Part shown: one piece after another, positions 25,406 to 33,859 of the stretch
Position numbering within the stretch: the first letter of the stretch is position 1
Layout: each line of letters starts with the position of its first letter
DNA from: Anaerovoracaceae bacterium
GTDB lineage: Bacteria; Bacillota; Clostridia; Peptostreptococcales; Anaerovoracaceae
Assembly (NCBI GenBank): GCA_045643345.1
Contig: JAZUKP010000033.1
Coordinates: 454 to 64,453, forward strand
Direction: 5' to 3'
DNA length: 64,000 nt
The notes under the pieces: generated by a model
The model's input: only the letters and a program-made list of their open reading frames with translations
What the model was told of the DNA's origin: nothing
Database searches by the model: none
Position numbers and translations under genes: made by a program

Positions 25406-25482
25406 CCGCCGGACCTGACAAAACGGCGATTATTTTTATTCGCTTTTTTTAGGGCAAACCGTCTATCGGTAGCTCTTTTTCT
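25393..25482 (-). ncRNA. candidate antitoxin antisense RNA, copy 1
   Basis: Minus-strand promoter TTGACA-17-TATCAT (plus coordinates 25517-25489). The shared bidirectional terminator CGCCG-loop-CGGCG (25407-25428) has U-runs both ways, so the transcript overlaps the toxin 3' end. Confidence 0.45.
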
Positions 25483-25527
25483 GTATCAATGATAGCAAAT
25501 TTTATGAATTGTGTCAAGACATTGAAT

Positions 25528-25578
25528 TATCAAGCGCCGCAGTAAAACCCCTTGCTTTAGCTATGGGGAGTGTCAATT
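25528..25578 (+). repeat. solo IS605-type right-end fragment R3
   Basis: TTATCAAGCGCCGCAGTAAAACCCCTTGCTTTAGCTATGGGGAGTGTCAATT. It begins exactly where similarity between the two toxin repeat units stops. Confidence 0.55.
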
Positions 25579-25819
25579 TCCTTCTTGGCGTTATTATACC
25601 TTAAATTAAAAAGCCTGGTAAATAGCACTTTGCTACTTCCGGGCTTGTTTATTTATATTCGTTAACTTTATTGAAAATTCAACACTTTTTAGCTGTCAAA
25701 GCATTGTTCTTACATGGGAAATATGCGATAATACCTATGGAGCTACCATAATACGGTAGGCGGTTTGCCCTCACCAGAGGGTGAGAACCCTCTGACAGAA
25801 ATGAAAGGGGGTGATCAGA

Positions 25820-25921
25820 ATGAGCGATTTCGAGATTCTAAGCATCGTATTCGTTGTTTTGGGAATTGTGGTATCCATCTTAATTGCATGGATTAAAGAA
25901 ATAAGTTCAAGAAAAAAGTAA
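25820..25921 (+). CDS. holin-like type I toxin peptide, copy 2 (33 aa)
   Basis: MSDFEILSIVFVVLGIVVSILIAWIKEISSRKK. Promoter TTGTTC-17-GATAAT (25708-25736). Confidence 0.6.
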   Translation: MSDFEILSIVFVVLGIVVSILIAWIKEISSRKK

Positions 25922-25991
25922 CCGCCGGACCAAGGGAAGGTTACTTTTTAACTAATCTTTGGGCAAACCGTCTATCGGTAGCTCTTTTTCT
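25908..25991 (-). ncRNA. candidate antitoxin antisense RNA, copy 2
   Basis: Minus-strand promoter TTGACA-17-TATTAT (plus coordinates 26026-25998). Bidirectional terminator GTAACC-loop-GGTTAC (25918-25944), with stem changes compensatory relative to copy 1. Confidence 0.45.
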
Positions 25992-26022
25992 GTACTAATA
26001 ATATCAAGTTTAAAAGGCTGTG

Positions 26023-26256
26023 TCAAGGCGTTGAATTATCCCTGATGAACTGATGCAGCCTTTGAATTTCAGTGCGGCAACTGTCAAGAGAATCTTCTGC
26101 GTACTGTAGATCCCTCCGAAGGTTCTCATTCTCATCTTCAAGACTATTATATTCTTCAAAAAGCGCAAGAAGTGCTTCAGATAGAACTTCCTCCGATGGC
26201 TGCGGATAGTGATGTTCTATCCTATATACGAGTTCTTTTATCTCTAACATACTCAT
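26023..26256 (-). CDS. hypothetical coiled-coil protein
   Basis: 77 aa. ATG 26256 lies 7 nt after GGAGG and overlaps the upstream stop. Confidence 0.45.
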   Translation of the reverse strand: MSMLEIKELVYRIEHHYPQPSEEVLSEALLALFEEYNSLEDENENLRRDLQYAEDSLDSCRTEIQRLHQFIRDNSTP

Positions 26257-26654
26257 CACACTTCCTCCTGCGGCTCTTTGAGAACATCTTTTTTCAGATA
26301 CCCGTTGATGTACAGGTTATAATCGTGGTATCCGCTGTCACCGTCGAACTTAATCCGGATCCAATACATCCCATCTGAACCCACCGCATACAGATTATAT
26401 TCCGTATCTGACACTTTATCGATCTTCGGTTCATTCCGGCAGTATTCTTCCAGCTCTTTTATATTGGGAAACCGCTCGATTAAACGGTCATAAATATAAT
26501 CGAACTCCTTTGCCATGGGGTCCGGGACCGGGACTATCTTCGTTACTGTATTCCACCACTTACCCTTGTCATAGTCAGCCCGGATATACCCTGCCTTTTT
26601 TTCCGAAAATTCATAAAACAAACCAAACGGGTTCTCATATTCTATGTGTACCAT
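26256..26654 (-). CDS. hypothetical protein
   Basis: Start moved to ATG 26654 (GGAGG 8 nt upstream). Confidence 0.5.
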   Translation of the reverse strand: MVHIEYENPFGLFYEFSEKKAGYIRADYDKGKWWNTVTKIVPVPDPMAKEFDYIYDRLIERFPNIKELEEYCRNEPKIDKVSDTEYNLYAVGSDGMYWIRIKFDGDSGYHDYNLYINGYLKKDVLKEPQEEV

Positions 26655-26704
26655 CCACATTACCTCCGCACATGATTCTATCTAACACGAGATATTTTTT
26701 GTAC

Positions 26705-28720
26705 TTACTCCCCTGCTTCTTCTGACAAATTCCCAAAGCAAACCGGCTCTCCCTGATCCAGCATCCATGCAGCTACCTTCTGCGCCTTTGAGAATTCCGC
26801 GGGATATGCCAGGATTAGATTTAAGAAGCGGTTGGTCCCGCTCTGCCGGGTGCCTACCAGATCGCCGGGGCCGCGCAGCTCCAGGTCTTTTTCAGATAGA
26901 ATAAAACCATCTGTTGTCTCACACATGGCAGTCAGCCTTGGGTTATTATCCTCCGTTGCCTTTTCACTGCATAAGACGCAGTATCCCTGATATGTTCCTC
27001 TGCAAACTCTTCCCCGGAGCTGATGCAGCTGCGACAGACCGAAGCGTTCTGCACTTTCTATTATAATAAAGGAAGCGTTCTTGACCGAGACCCCGACCTC
27101 CACAACGGTAGTTGAGATAAGAAGATCAATTTTGCCGTCCCGAAAATCATTCAGAGTCTTCTGCGCTTCGTCTTTTTTATCTTTCCCGGTGAGGGTCGCT
27201 ATCCGGACCCCGTATGGCTCCAGCATCTTAGAGTAGAGTTCGGATACTTCTTCTACGGATAAAACGCCTTCCAGCTTCTCATTCGCGTCAATCATCGGAC
27301 AAACGATGTACCCTTGCCTGCCCTTGTCTATCTGAGAACGGATAAACTTCGCTGTTCTCTGATGGTAAGATAATCCGTCCTTTGCTTTTGCAACGCCGGT
27401 GATTACCGGAAGTCTTCCCGCAGGCATACCGATAATCTGGTACACTTCAATAGAAGATCCGTTTACAGCCTGTGCCAGAGTCTTTGGAATTGGCGTTGCA
27501 GACATATACATCGTATGAATTCCCGCAGCACCCTTCTTGGCAAGATTTTCCTTACAAGCGACACCAAACCGCTGTTCTTCGTCTACTACGCAGATCCGCA
27601 GGTCTTTATATATTACATCTTCAGACACCAGTGAGTGTGTCCCGACGACGATCCGAGTTTCTCCGGACTTGATATATCCGAGGATTTTCTTCTTTTCAGA
27701 CGCTTTTACATCAGATCCAAGATAAGACACCTTGATTCCGAGCGGTCCGAATATAGACTGAAAATCCTCATAGTGCTGCCGGGCAAGTACCGTCGTGGGT
27801 GCCATAAGAGCTGCCTGCGCCGTTCCACTTTTTCCGATTATTTCGGATAATAGCAGCATCGCAACCGCAGTCTTCCCGGAGCCGACATCCCCTTGCACAA
27901 GTGCATTAAGCCTTCTGCCGCTCTGGATCTGCTTCTCCATCTTGTCAAGTACATCCTTCTGCCCTTCCGTAAGATCAAATCCCAGAGAATCCAAAACGTC
28001 GTTATACAGCGCTTTTGAGGCAATCTGGTACGGTGATCCGATGGCAGCGCAGCGGTTGCCGATTTCAACCTGATATGTAAAATTCAAAATCTCGTAAAAC
28101 AGATTCTCCAGTTCTGCCTTGCCCGCTGCTTCGACACTTTTGGGGAAGTGCATCTGCTCAAAAATTTCAGATAGAGAAGAAATGTTAAACTCTTCCCTTG
28201 TTCTATCTGAAATGGGTTCTGCCGGTCTTACTCCGGCATCCCACGCAGCATGGAGCTTTGCAGCGAAATAATCTTCTGCCATTCCGGGAATCTTCGGGTA
28301 CACCGGACTTACATTCATGACTTCTTTCGGAAGGCCAAATGCCTCCGGCGCAGAACACTTATATGTATTCCATTGGTAGTCATAAGTGATAATCCCGGCA
28401 ACATATACCCTCTTCCCCGATAAGCGGCAAAGTTCGTTGTATCTAAAATTCTGGTTAAAGAATGTCACCTGCAGCTTATCCTCCGTACCGGCAATCGTTC
28501 CTTCAATACGAATCGTTGGAACAGATCCATACGACTGACGCACAGATAGAATATCCATATATACTGAAGACTGCCCTTCTGCTCCGACAATTCCAAGAAT
28601 TTTCGTGTAATCCAGGAATTTTTTGGGGGCAATACAGACGAGTTCTTCTGGAGTATAGATACCCTTTTTATTGAATTGTTTCTCCTTTGCAGGCGTAACG
28701 CCCAGGTCTTTTAATGTCAT
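26705..28720 (-). CDS. recG: RecG-like ATP-dependent DNA helicase
   Basis: N-terminal wedge-like region and SF2 motifs GDVGSGKT, DEEQRFGV, SATPIPKT and QLHQLRGRVCRG. Confidence 0.85.
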   Translation of the reverse strand: MTLKDLGVTPAKEKQFNKKGIYTPEELVCIAPKKFLDYTKILGIVGAEGQSSVYMDILSVRQSYGSVPTIRIEGTIAGTEDKLQVTFFNQNFRYNELCRLSGKRVYVAGIITYDYQWNTYKCSAPEAFGLPKEVMNVSPVYPKIPGMAEDYFAAKLHAAWDAGVRPAEPISDRTREEFNISSLSEIFEQMHFPKSVEAAGKAELENLFYEILNFTYQVEIGNRCAAIGSPYQIASKALYNDVLDSLGFDLTEGQKDVLDKMEKQIQSGRRLNALVQGDVGSGKTAVAMLLLSEIIGKSGTAQAALMAPTTVLARQHYEDFQSIFGPLGIKVSYLGSDVKASEKKKILGYIKSGETRIVVGTHSLVSEDVIYKDLRICVVDEEQRFGVACKENLAKKGAAGIHTMYMSATPIPKTLAQAVNGSSIEVYQIIGMPAGRLPVITGVAKAKDGLSYHQRTAKFIRSQIDKGRQGYIVCPMIDANEKLEGVLSVEEVSELYSKMLEPYGVRIATLTGKDKKDEAQKTLNDFRDGKIDLLISTTVVEVGVSVKNASFIIIESAERFGLSQLHQLRGRVCRGTYQGYCVLCSEKATEDNNPRLTAMCETTDGFILSEKDLELRGPGDLVGTRQSGTNRFLNLILAYPAEFSKAQKVAAWMLDQGEPVCFGNLSEEAGE

Positions 28721-28724
28721 AATT

Positions 28725-28967
28725 TTACGATGCTTCCGCCAGTTTCTTGTTGATTACTTTATTCTTCCAGCTTTGGAGCTGTCCGAGCGACACAACATCC
28801 GCAGGGATAACAAGTTCTTCCCCGGAGCAGCCAAAGTCTTTCAGAACGCTGATAATCATGTTTTTATCTCTTTTAGTATATTGTCCTTTTCTGCGTTTTT
28901 CTACTTCTTCGACGGTTTTCGGAAGAAGGAAATCCGGAATGTTCGTTCCATAACTTAATGATGCCAT
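28725..28967 (-). CDS. hypothetical protein
   Basis: 80 aa, tightly packed in the minus-strand operon. Confidence 0.45.
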   Translation of the reverse strand: MASLSYGTNIPDFLLPKTVEEVEKRRKGQYTKRDKNMIISVLKDFGCSGEELVIPADVVSLGQLQSWKNKVINKKLAEAS

Positions 28968-28970
28968 ATT

Positions 28971-29228
28971 TTATTTTTCTTCCTTTCCTATTTTTTGATG
29001 AAGCTTTCGCCGTAAAGCCTCTCTGGTTCTACTTTCGCAGCAATCTACCTCGCAGAAAATTCGAATGTCAGTCGTAAGGCACGCATCATCAAATTCTTCC
29101 GTCCCCGGTAAAATACCTATTTTTTCCGCATAATCATCAATGATTTGTTCTGCCAATCTCATTTCCACGATGCATTTTGTGCGCTTTTTAAGCGCGGTTT
29201 CAACATACTTTGGAATATCCCTCGTCAT
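28971..29228 (-). CDS. hypothetical protein
   Basis: 85 aa, in the operon. Confidence 0.45.
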   Translation of the reverse strand: MTRDIPKYVETALKKRTKCIVEMRLAEQIIDDYAEKIGILPGTEEFDDACLTTDIRIFCEVDCCESRTREALRRKLHQKIGKEEK

Positions 29229-29599
29229 TCCTCTTCCTCCGGATCAAAGCCAAAACACTCTTTCATTATCGTAAGATACCGTTTCGTCGCTTCCGCATTA
29301 AGCGGTGCTTTCAGCGAAGCAAAACTCCAAAGCACCGCCTCTTCTTCCGGAATATCGAAGCTTCCGGGAGCCGGTATAAATTCGCACCCATTGTAATAAG
29401 GCTTGGGCGATTCCATGAGCTTTTTTATTTCCGTCATTGTCTTGCAGGTCCTCAGCAGCTCACTCCTCTTAACATTGATTGTATTTACGATGTTCGGATC
29501 AATACCGGCGTTAAGATAGGATGCCGTCCTGCTTGCCGTATCTGCCATACAGGCGATATATGCCTTTTTTAACGATTCTTCTCTTGTCATAAATTCCAT
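29225..29599 (-). CDS. hypothetical protein
   Basis: 124 aa. 4-nt overlap with the downstream gene. Confidence 0.5.
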   Translation of the reverse strand: MEFMTREESLKKAYIACMADTASRTASYLNAGIDPNIVNTINVKRSELLRTCKTMTEIKKLMESPKPYYNGCEFIPAPGSFDIPEEEAVLWSFASLKAPLNAEATKRYLTIMKECFGFDPEEEE

Positions 29600-29609
29600 C
29601 CCAAATGTT

Positions 29610-29990
29610 TTAAACGTTCAAAATTTCTGCAACACTTTTCAGCTGAGCTGCACTGATAGTGCCGTTATTAACCAATGCACGCAAATCGTAAAGTTTATCC
29701 CTGATTAAATCAATCAGTTCAATACTATCAATATAGTCCTGCGCTTCACGCTCGGTCGGAAAGGCAATTATAAATCCATTAAACCCGTATGTACTGTCGT
29801 AGGAAGTTAAATAGATATCTTCGTTACTCTGCCGGTATTTATCATACCTCCCTGCAGATACATATTTTCGCCCAACTGCTGTTATTATTTGGCTTCTAAT
29901 CTCATGTTTAAGAGAATGACTTTTGCTGTCATACTGCGTGCAAACAATATAGAGATTTTGCCCAACAGAATATTTATCTTTTAATTTCAT
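29610..29990 (-). CDS. hypothetical protein
   Basis: 126 aa. 4-nt overlap with the upstream gene. Confidence 0.5.
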   Translation of the reverse strand: MKLKDKYSVGQNLYIVCTQYDSKSHSLKHEIRSQIITAVGRKYVSAGRYDKYRQSNEDIYLTSYDSTYGFNGFIIAFPTEREAQDYIDSIELIDLIRDKLYDLRALVNNGTISAAQLKSVAEILNV

Positions 29991-30526
29991 CCTTTACCTT
30001 TCCCGTCCGAAAGAGCCTTTACCGGCTGTTCGTCGGACAATCCAACCATAAATAACGCCATCTTTTTTATTTCCTCTGAACTGATTTCACGTCCTTTTTC
30101 GCCTTCTTTTAGGCTTCCGTAAATATCATGCTTATGAATGAAAGCAAGCAGTAAAGCCTCTTTTTCTTTTTCCCATAGGGTTTTATAGAACTCAAACAGA
30201 AATTCTATCTCGGCCTTTTGCGCTTTCGTGCAATACGTTCCAGACTGTGTTTTTTTCTTTCTGCCGGTGCGACTATTATATACATCAAAAATATTATTGA
30301 TATCGCCCGTAACCTTGTAGATAGTTTGATTAAGAATTCGCCGTTCGTCTATTCCATGATAATCAAACGAATAGAATTCAACCTTATCTTCACTCAATTC
30401 TTCGAGTGACATTTCATATTTGATAAGCAGCTTGTCAAGAATAGCTTTTGCCTGTTCTTTTTCGCCGTCCGTGCCGCGAAGGGCAAGCTCATATATTTTT
30501 TTTAATCTTTCTTTTTCGGTTCCCAT
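29987..30526 (-). CDS. DUF2786-like protein
   Basis: The N-terminal KERLKKIYELALRGTDGEKEQAKAILDKLLIKYEMSLEEL matches the DUF2786 helical pattern. GGAG SD at 30531-30540. Confidence 0.45.
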   Translation of the reverse strand: MGTEKERLKKIYELALRGTDGEKEQAKAILDKLLIKYEMSLEELSEDKVEFYSFDYHGIDERRILNQTIYKVTGDINNIFDVYNSRTGRKKKTQSGTYCTKAQKAEIEFLFEFYKTLWEKEKEALLLAFIHKHDIYGSLKEGEKGREISSEEIKKMALFMVGLSDEQPVKALSDGKGKG

Positions 30527-30684
30527 TGAATAGCTCCGTCTGCTGAATACTGAAAAGGTTCTATCTTACGCCATGCAATTACAGAAAACCGCCGAGAAAG
30601 CCCACTGCGTAAGCTGTGGGATGAGAGGCGGCCTGCGATTGCCGAACATTTGTTTGTTTTTATATTTTGTGATATAATAAATGC

Positions 30685-31827
30685 ATGAAACAGATCCGTA
30701 CCTACAAGTACAAACTGTATACTTCCAAGAAAAACCGCAGCCTTGATGATGCGGTTTCCTTGGCGTGTGAAATCTGGAACCACTGCATCATGCTTCACAG
30801 AAAATACTACCGCATCTACGGTAAGTATCTAAACAAGTACAAGCTTCAGAAGCACCTGACAAAGCTGATGCGCCTGCCAAGATACAAACACTGGCACAAT
30901 CTTGGCTCTCAAGCGATTCAGGATATCACCGACAGGATAGACCGTTCCTACAAGGCGTTCTTTTCCCATGTAAAAGAGCATCGTCACGGGAAGAAATCTG
31001 TCCCTCATTTCTGCAAAGAAAGCAAGTACAGAAGCATCACGTTTAAACAGGCCGGGTACAAGTTCCTTGAAGGTACAAACCGCATTGTTATCATGGGAAA
31101 GACTTACAAGTATGCAAAGTCCCGTAAGCTGCCGGAAGGAAAGATTAAAACCCTCACCGTAAAGAGAAATACACTTGGCGAATTCTTCATCTACGTATGT
31201 ATGGAAGTTGAAACTCCTGAAATCATTGCACGAGCAGGTAATGCTGCCGGCATGGATTTCGGGCTGGAAGACTTCCTCACATTGTCAGATGGAACCCGCA
31301 TAGCGTCCCCTCTTTGGATGAAGGAAAACCTTTCTGCAGTCCGCAGTGCTCACCGAAGAGTTTCTCGGTGCGTTAAGGGCTCAAACAACCGCATGCGTGC
31401 CGTAAAGGATCTTGACAGGCTGTACTCCCATATGGCAGATTCACGGACAGACTGGTTTATGAAACTTGCCGGTGATCTGACTGCAAAGTACAGTGCGATC
31501 CGTATAGAGGATCTAAACCTTGACGGAATGAAACGTCTGTGGGGCAGAAAAGTATCAGATCTTTCTTACGCAGAGTTTGTCAAGATCCTCGAATACAAAG
31601 CATCTCTTAACGGCTGCGCTGTTGAGAAAATCCCACGTACCTACCCATCAAGTAAAATCTGCCATAAGTGCGGCTGTCTTAATGAGGTAATCAATTCCGA
31701 GTCTCCCGATTCCGGTACATTCAGAAAAGACAGCAGGCGGCATTGGATATGTCCATCTTGCAGCGCAATTCTTGACAAGGACGTAAATGCTGCATGCAAT
31801 GTCCGGGACTATATTAGAATCGCATAG
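30685..31827 (+). CDS. tnpB: TnpB (IS605 OrfB-family RNA-guided nuclease)
   Basis: RuvC motifs GMDFGLEDF, IEDLNLDGMKR and DKDVNAACNV, with zinc finger CHKCG...CPSC. Confidence 0.9.
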   Translation: MKQIRTYKYKLYTSKKNRSLDDAVSLACEIWNHCIMLHRKYYRIYGKYLNKYKLQKHLTKLMRLPRYKHWHNLGSQAIQDITDRIDRSYKAFFSHVKEHRHGKKSVPHFCKESKYRSITFKQAGYKFLEGTNRIVIMGKTYKYAKSRKLPEGKIKTLTVKRNTLGEFFIYVCMEVETPEIIARAGNAAGMDFGLEDFLTLSDGTRIASPLWMKENLSAVRSAHRRVSRCVKGSNNRMRAVKDLDRLYSHMADSRTDWFMKLAGDLTAKYSAIRIEDLNLDGMKRLWGRKVSDLSYAEFVKILEYKASLNGCAVEKIPRTYPSSKICHKCGCLNEVINSESPDSGTFRKDSRRHWICPSCSAILDKDVNAACNVRDYIRIA

Positions 31828-31964
31828 AAAATCTTAAGGGCGGGGCATCGTCCTTTGCTGAGAGATGTAAGACCTTTCGCTACGAATGGCCATCTCTGTG
31901 AAGCACAATTCCAACCTGCGAAGTGGGTAGAATCCCACTCCGTAAGGGGTGGGAGTATGTCAAT
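31790..31964 (+). ncRNA. putative omega RNA (reRNA) scaffold of the TnpB element
   Basis: By analogy with characterised TnpB loci, the scaffold spans the tnpB 3' end to the right end. Structured GC-rich segments lie at 31840-31964. The 5' extent is unknown. Confidence 0.4.
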
Positions 31965-31978
31965 CTCTTCACTCATAT

Positions 31979-32926
31979 CTACTTTTCTCCGCAATCTGTA
32001 ATAAAGGCCTCCGGATCAAGAAGAAGCGCATCCTCTTTTTCCTCTTTTTTTGCTTTTCTTTTTTCTTCGTAATATTCCGGCGGCATACCTTTTATGAAGC
32101 TGTCGATCCAGATTACTTTATCTTTCTTATAGAACTTTCCTGCTTTCATCCGGCGAAGGTGTCCTCTTACCGGAATCACCTTTCCGGAGCCGTCCTTTTG
32201 CTCCTTTGTCTGCACAACATATATATTGTTGCCGCTTTCTTCTTTCAGCATCCGAAAAACGATAACCTTTTTCCCGTCCTCATCCCGGGTGCCGATAGCT
32301 TTTACAACCTTATCTTCGTCCTTATTTGCGTAATACAGATAGGCATTGGCTGCGATAAAGGTCTGACAGATAAAAACGGAATCGGAGCGCAGCTTATCCT
32401 GCACATTTTCTGCTGTTATCTCACAAAACTTCTTGTATTCAAGCTCTTGCTGTCTATCTGACAATTTATTGTTTCTATAGTGCCGGTACAGGGTATCAAA
32501 TACAATTCTCGGAGAGAAACCATAGTATTCTGCAAGAGAAGAAAACTTATACTTCCCTACTTGATAGTCCTGTTCTTCTTCATTGTACCGGCATTTAAAG
32601 GAATACTTTGCGGTTGTCCGCTTGTAGAACTCCTCTTTACCCTTCATCAGCCTCAGCTGCTGCTTCATAAGTGATACATCCATGCCGTTCTTGATATTAA
32701 GCTTTGTGTCCTCGTAAAAGGATAACTGCCCTGCCCGGACACGGAATGTATTGCCGTGATAATCGGAATTTTTTTGGACCATCGCCGTCATGCTGCACGG
32801 CGTAGTGCGAAGCTCCATCTGCACCGCATCGTAAAAGTTCCCGCATCGATCCGCATACTCTTTATTCGCCTTGTACCAGTCTATCAGCGCAAGGCCGGTA
32901 TTATAATCAATATCGAATACAACCAT
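31979..32926 (-). CDS. hypothetical protein
   Basis: 315 aa with a lysine-rich tail. The stop is 14 nt from the IS right end. Confidence 0.55.
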   Translation of the reverse strand: MVVFDIDYNTGLALIDWYKANKEYADRCGNFYDAVQMELRTTPCSMTAMVQKNSDYHGNTFRVRAGQLSFYEDTKLNIKNGMDVSLMKQQLRLMKGKEEFYKRTTAKYSFKCRYNEEEQDYQVGKYKFSSLAEYYGFSPRIVFDTLYRHYRNNKLSDRQQELEYKKFCEITAENVQDKLRSDSVFICQTFIAANAYLYYANKDEDKVVKAIGTRDEDGKKVIVFRMLKEESGNNIYVVQTKEQKDGSGKVIPVRGHLRRMKAGKFYKKDKVIWIDSFIKGMPPEYYEEKRKAKKEEKEDALLLDPEAFITDCGEK

Positions 32927-33111
32927 TAGTACACCTCAACCAGTGTGCCTTGCCCGATAATTCGCCTGATGTCCTGTTCCAGACTTCTTTGTTCTTCGCA
33001 GACTTCAGGAACATCGGAATCAAGGTCAATGACTTCCACATCCACATCGATGCTGTTCGAATATACGTTCTGCACCCGGCCAGCTTCAACAACAACGACT
33101 ATTTTTGTCAT
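32926..33111 (-). CDS. hypothetical small protein
   Basis: 61 aa. Overlapping start/stop codons with both neighbours. Confidence 0.45.
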   Translation of the reverse strand: MTKIVVVVEAGRVQNVYSNSIDVDVEVIDLDSDVPEVCEEQRSLEQDIRRIIGQGTLVEVY

Positions 33112-33257
33112 TTCCGTTCCTCCCTCCGAAGTCTTCCCAGTTCCTTGGCAAGACGCTTGTAATGAATCGAATAATCTCTTTTTAATTTCGGGCTTTGTGT
33201 AGTTTCGATAACTTCCTTTACCCTTTTCATTTCCATTTCGATATCCGATATATTCAT
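33108..33257 (-). CDS. hypothetical small protein
   Basis: Start moved to ATG 33257 (MNISDIEMEMK...). The longer ORF-track start lies upstream of the promoter. Confidence 0.4.
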   Translation of the reverse strand: MNISDIEMEMKRVKEVIETTQSPKLKRDYSIHYKRLAKELGRLRREERK

Positions 33258-33281
33258 TGATTTTTCAACCTTTCTGCAATA

Positions 33282-33344
33282 ATTATATAACATGATTTGC
33301 CTATTGTCAACCATAATATGTAAGTTTTTAACACGAATTACCCA
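33282..33344 (-). promoter_or_regulatory. consensus promoter with two GGYAWWTYRTGT boxes
   Basis: The minus strand has TTGACA (33310-33305), a 17-nt spacer and TATAAT (33287-33282). The spacer contains GGCAAATCATGTTA. A second box, GGGTAATTCGTGT, lies at 33344-33331. Confidence 0.6.
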
Positions 33345-33410
33345 CATCGTCCGTTGCATAAAAAAAGAAGGCTTCCAAGAAGTCTTCTTTTCGGCATTAT
33401 ATTTTTCTCC

Positions 33411-33857
33411 TTATTTTGCGTAAAGTTTTTTGACCGCTTGTTTCTGATCAACGTGTTCTTTAAACAACAGGAAATTTTTCTTGTTCACGTATTGAGCATA
33501 CCGTGAAGAAACAAAGAACACAATCATCGCAGCCATAAGATAAGCGGTTGGAATCTGTCCGATATACTCAGAATAAAGATAGACAAGAAGCCCAATCGTG
33601 AGCATTATCCCAACCCTGATCTTTGTGAAAGTGTCTTTTAAGGGATACAGCTTTGTGTAAATTCCGCCGAAAATGGCACTGTATGGGAGCTGCAGCCATA
33701 GAATCTCCCATTCCCGGCCGCCGCGAATAAATTGTTCTATACATACAATAAACGCAAGTAATGCCGCATAAATACAGATATGCTTTGCCGACATTGACCG
33801 CATCATATTTCTGATATATCCCTGTGAAATTTTATCGGGATGATTGAGTCTTACCAT
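33411..33857 (-). CDS. hypothetical multi-pass membrane protein
   Basis: 148 aa with four hydrophobic helices. Confidence 0.5.
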   Translation of the reverse strand: MVRLNHPDKISQGYIRNMMRSMSAKHICIYAALLAFIVCIEQFIRGGREWEILWLQLPYSAIFGGIYTKLYPLKDTFTKIRVGIMLTIGLLVYLYSEYIGQIPTAYLMAAMIVFFVSSRYAQYVNKKNFLLFKEHVDQKQAVKKLYAK

Positions 33858-33859
33858 GC

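Larger units (their letters stand above)
30550..31964 (+). mobile_element. TnpB-only IS200/IS605-family element (no tnpA)
   Basis: The left-end compound hairpin is CCGCC...CCCAC-tgcgtaagc-GTGGG...GGCGG (30589-30631). tnpB follows. The right end is CCCAC-tccgtaagg-GGTGGGAGTATGTCAAT, ending at 31964. The left boundary is approximate. Confidence 0.75.

Noticed and set aside
31949-32461. 170-aa plus-strand ORF starting inside the IS right end.
   Set aside because: It is antisense to the 31979..32926 gene. It has a hydrophobic repeat-like translation and no SD.
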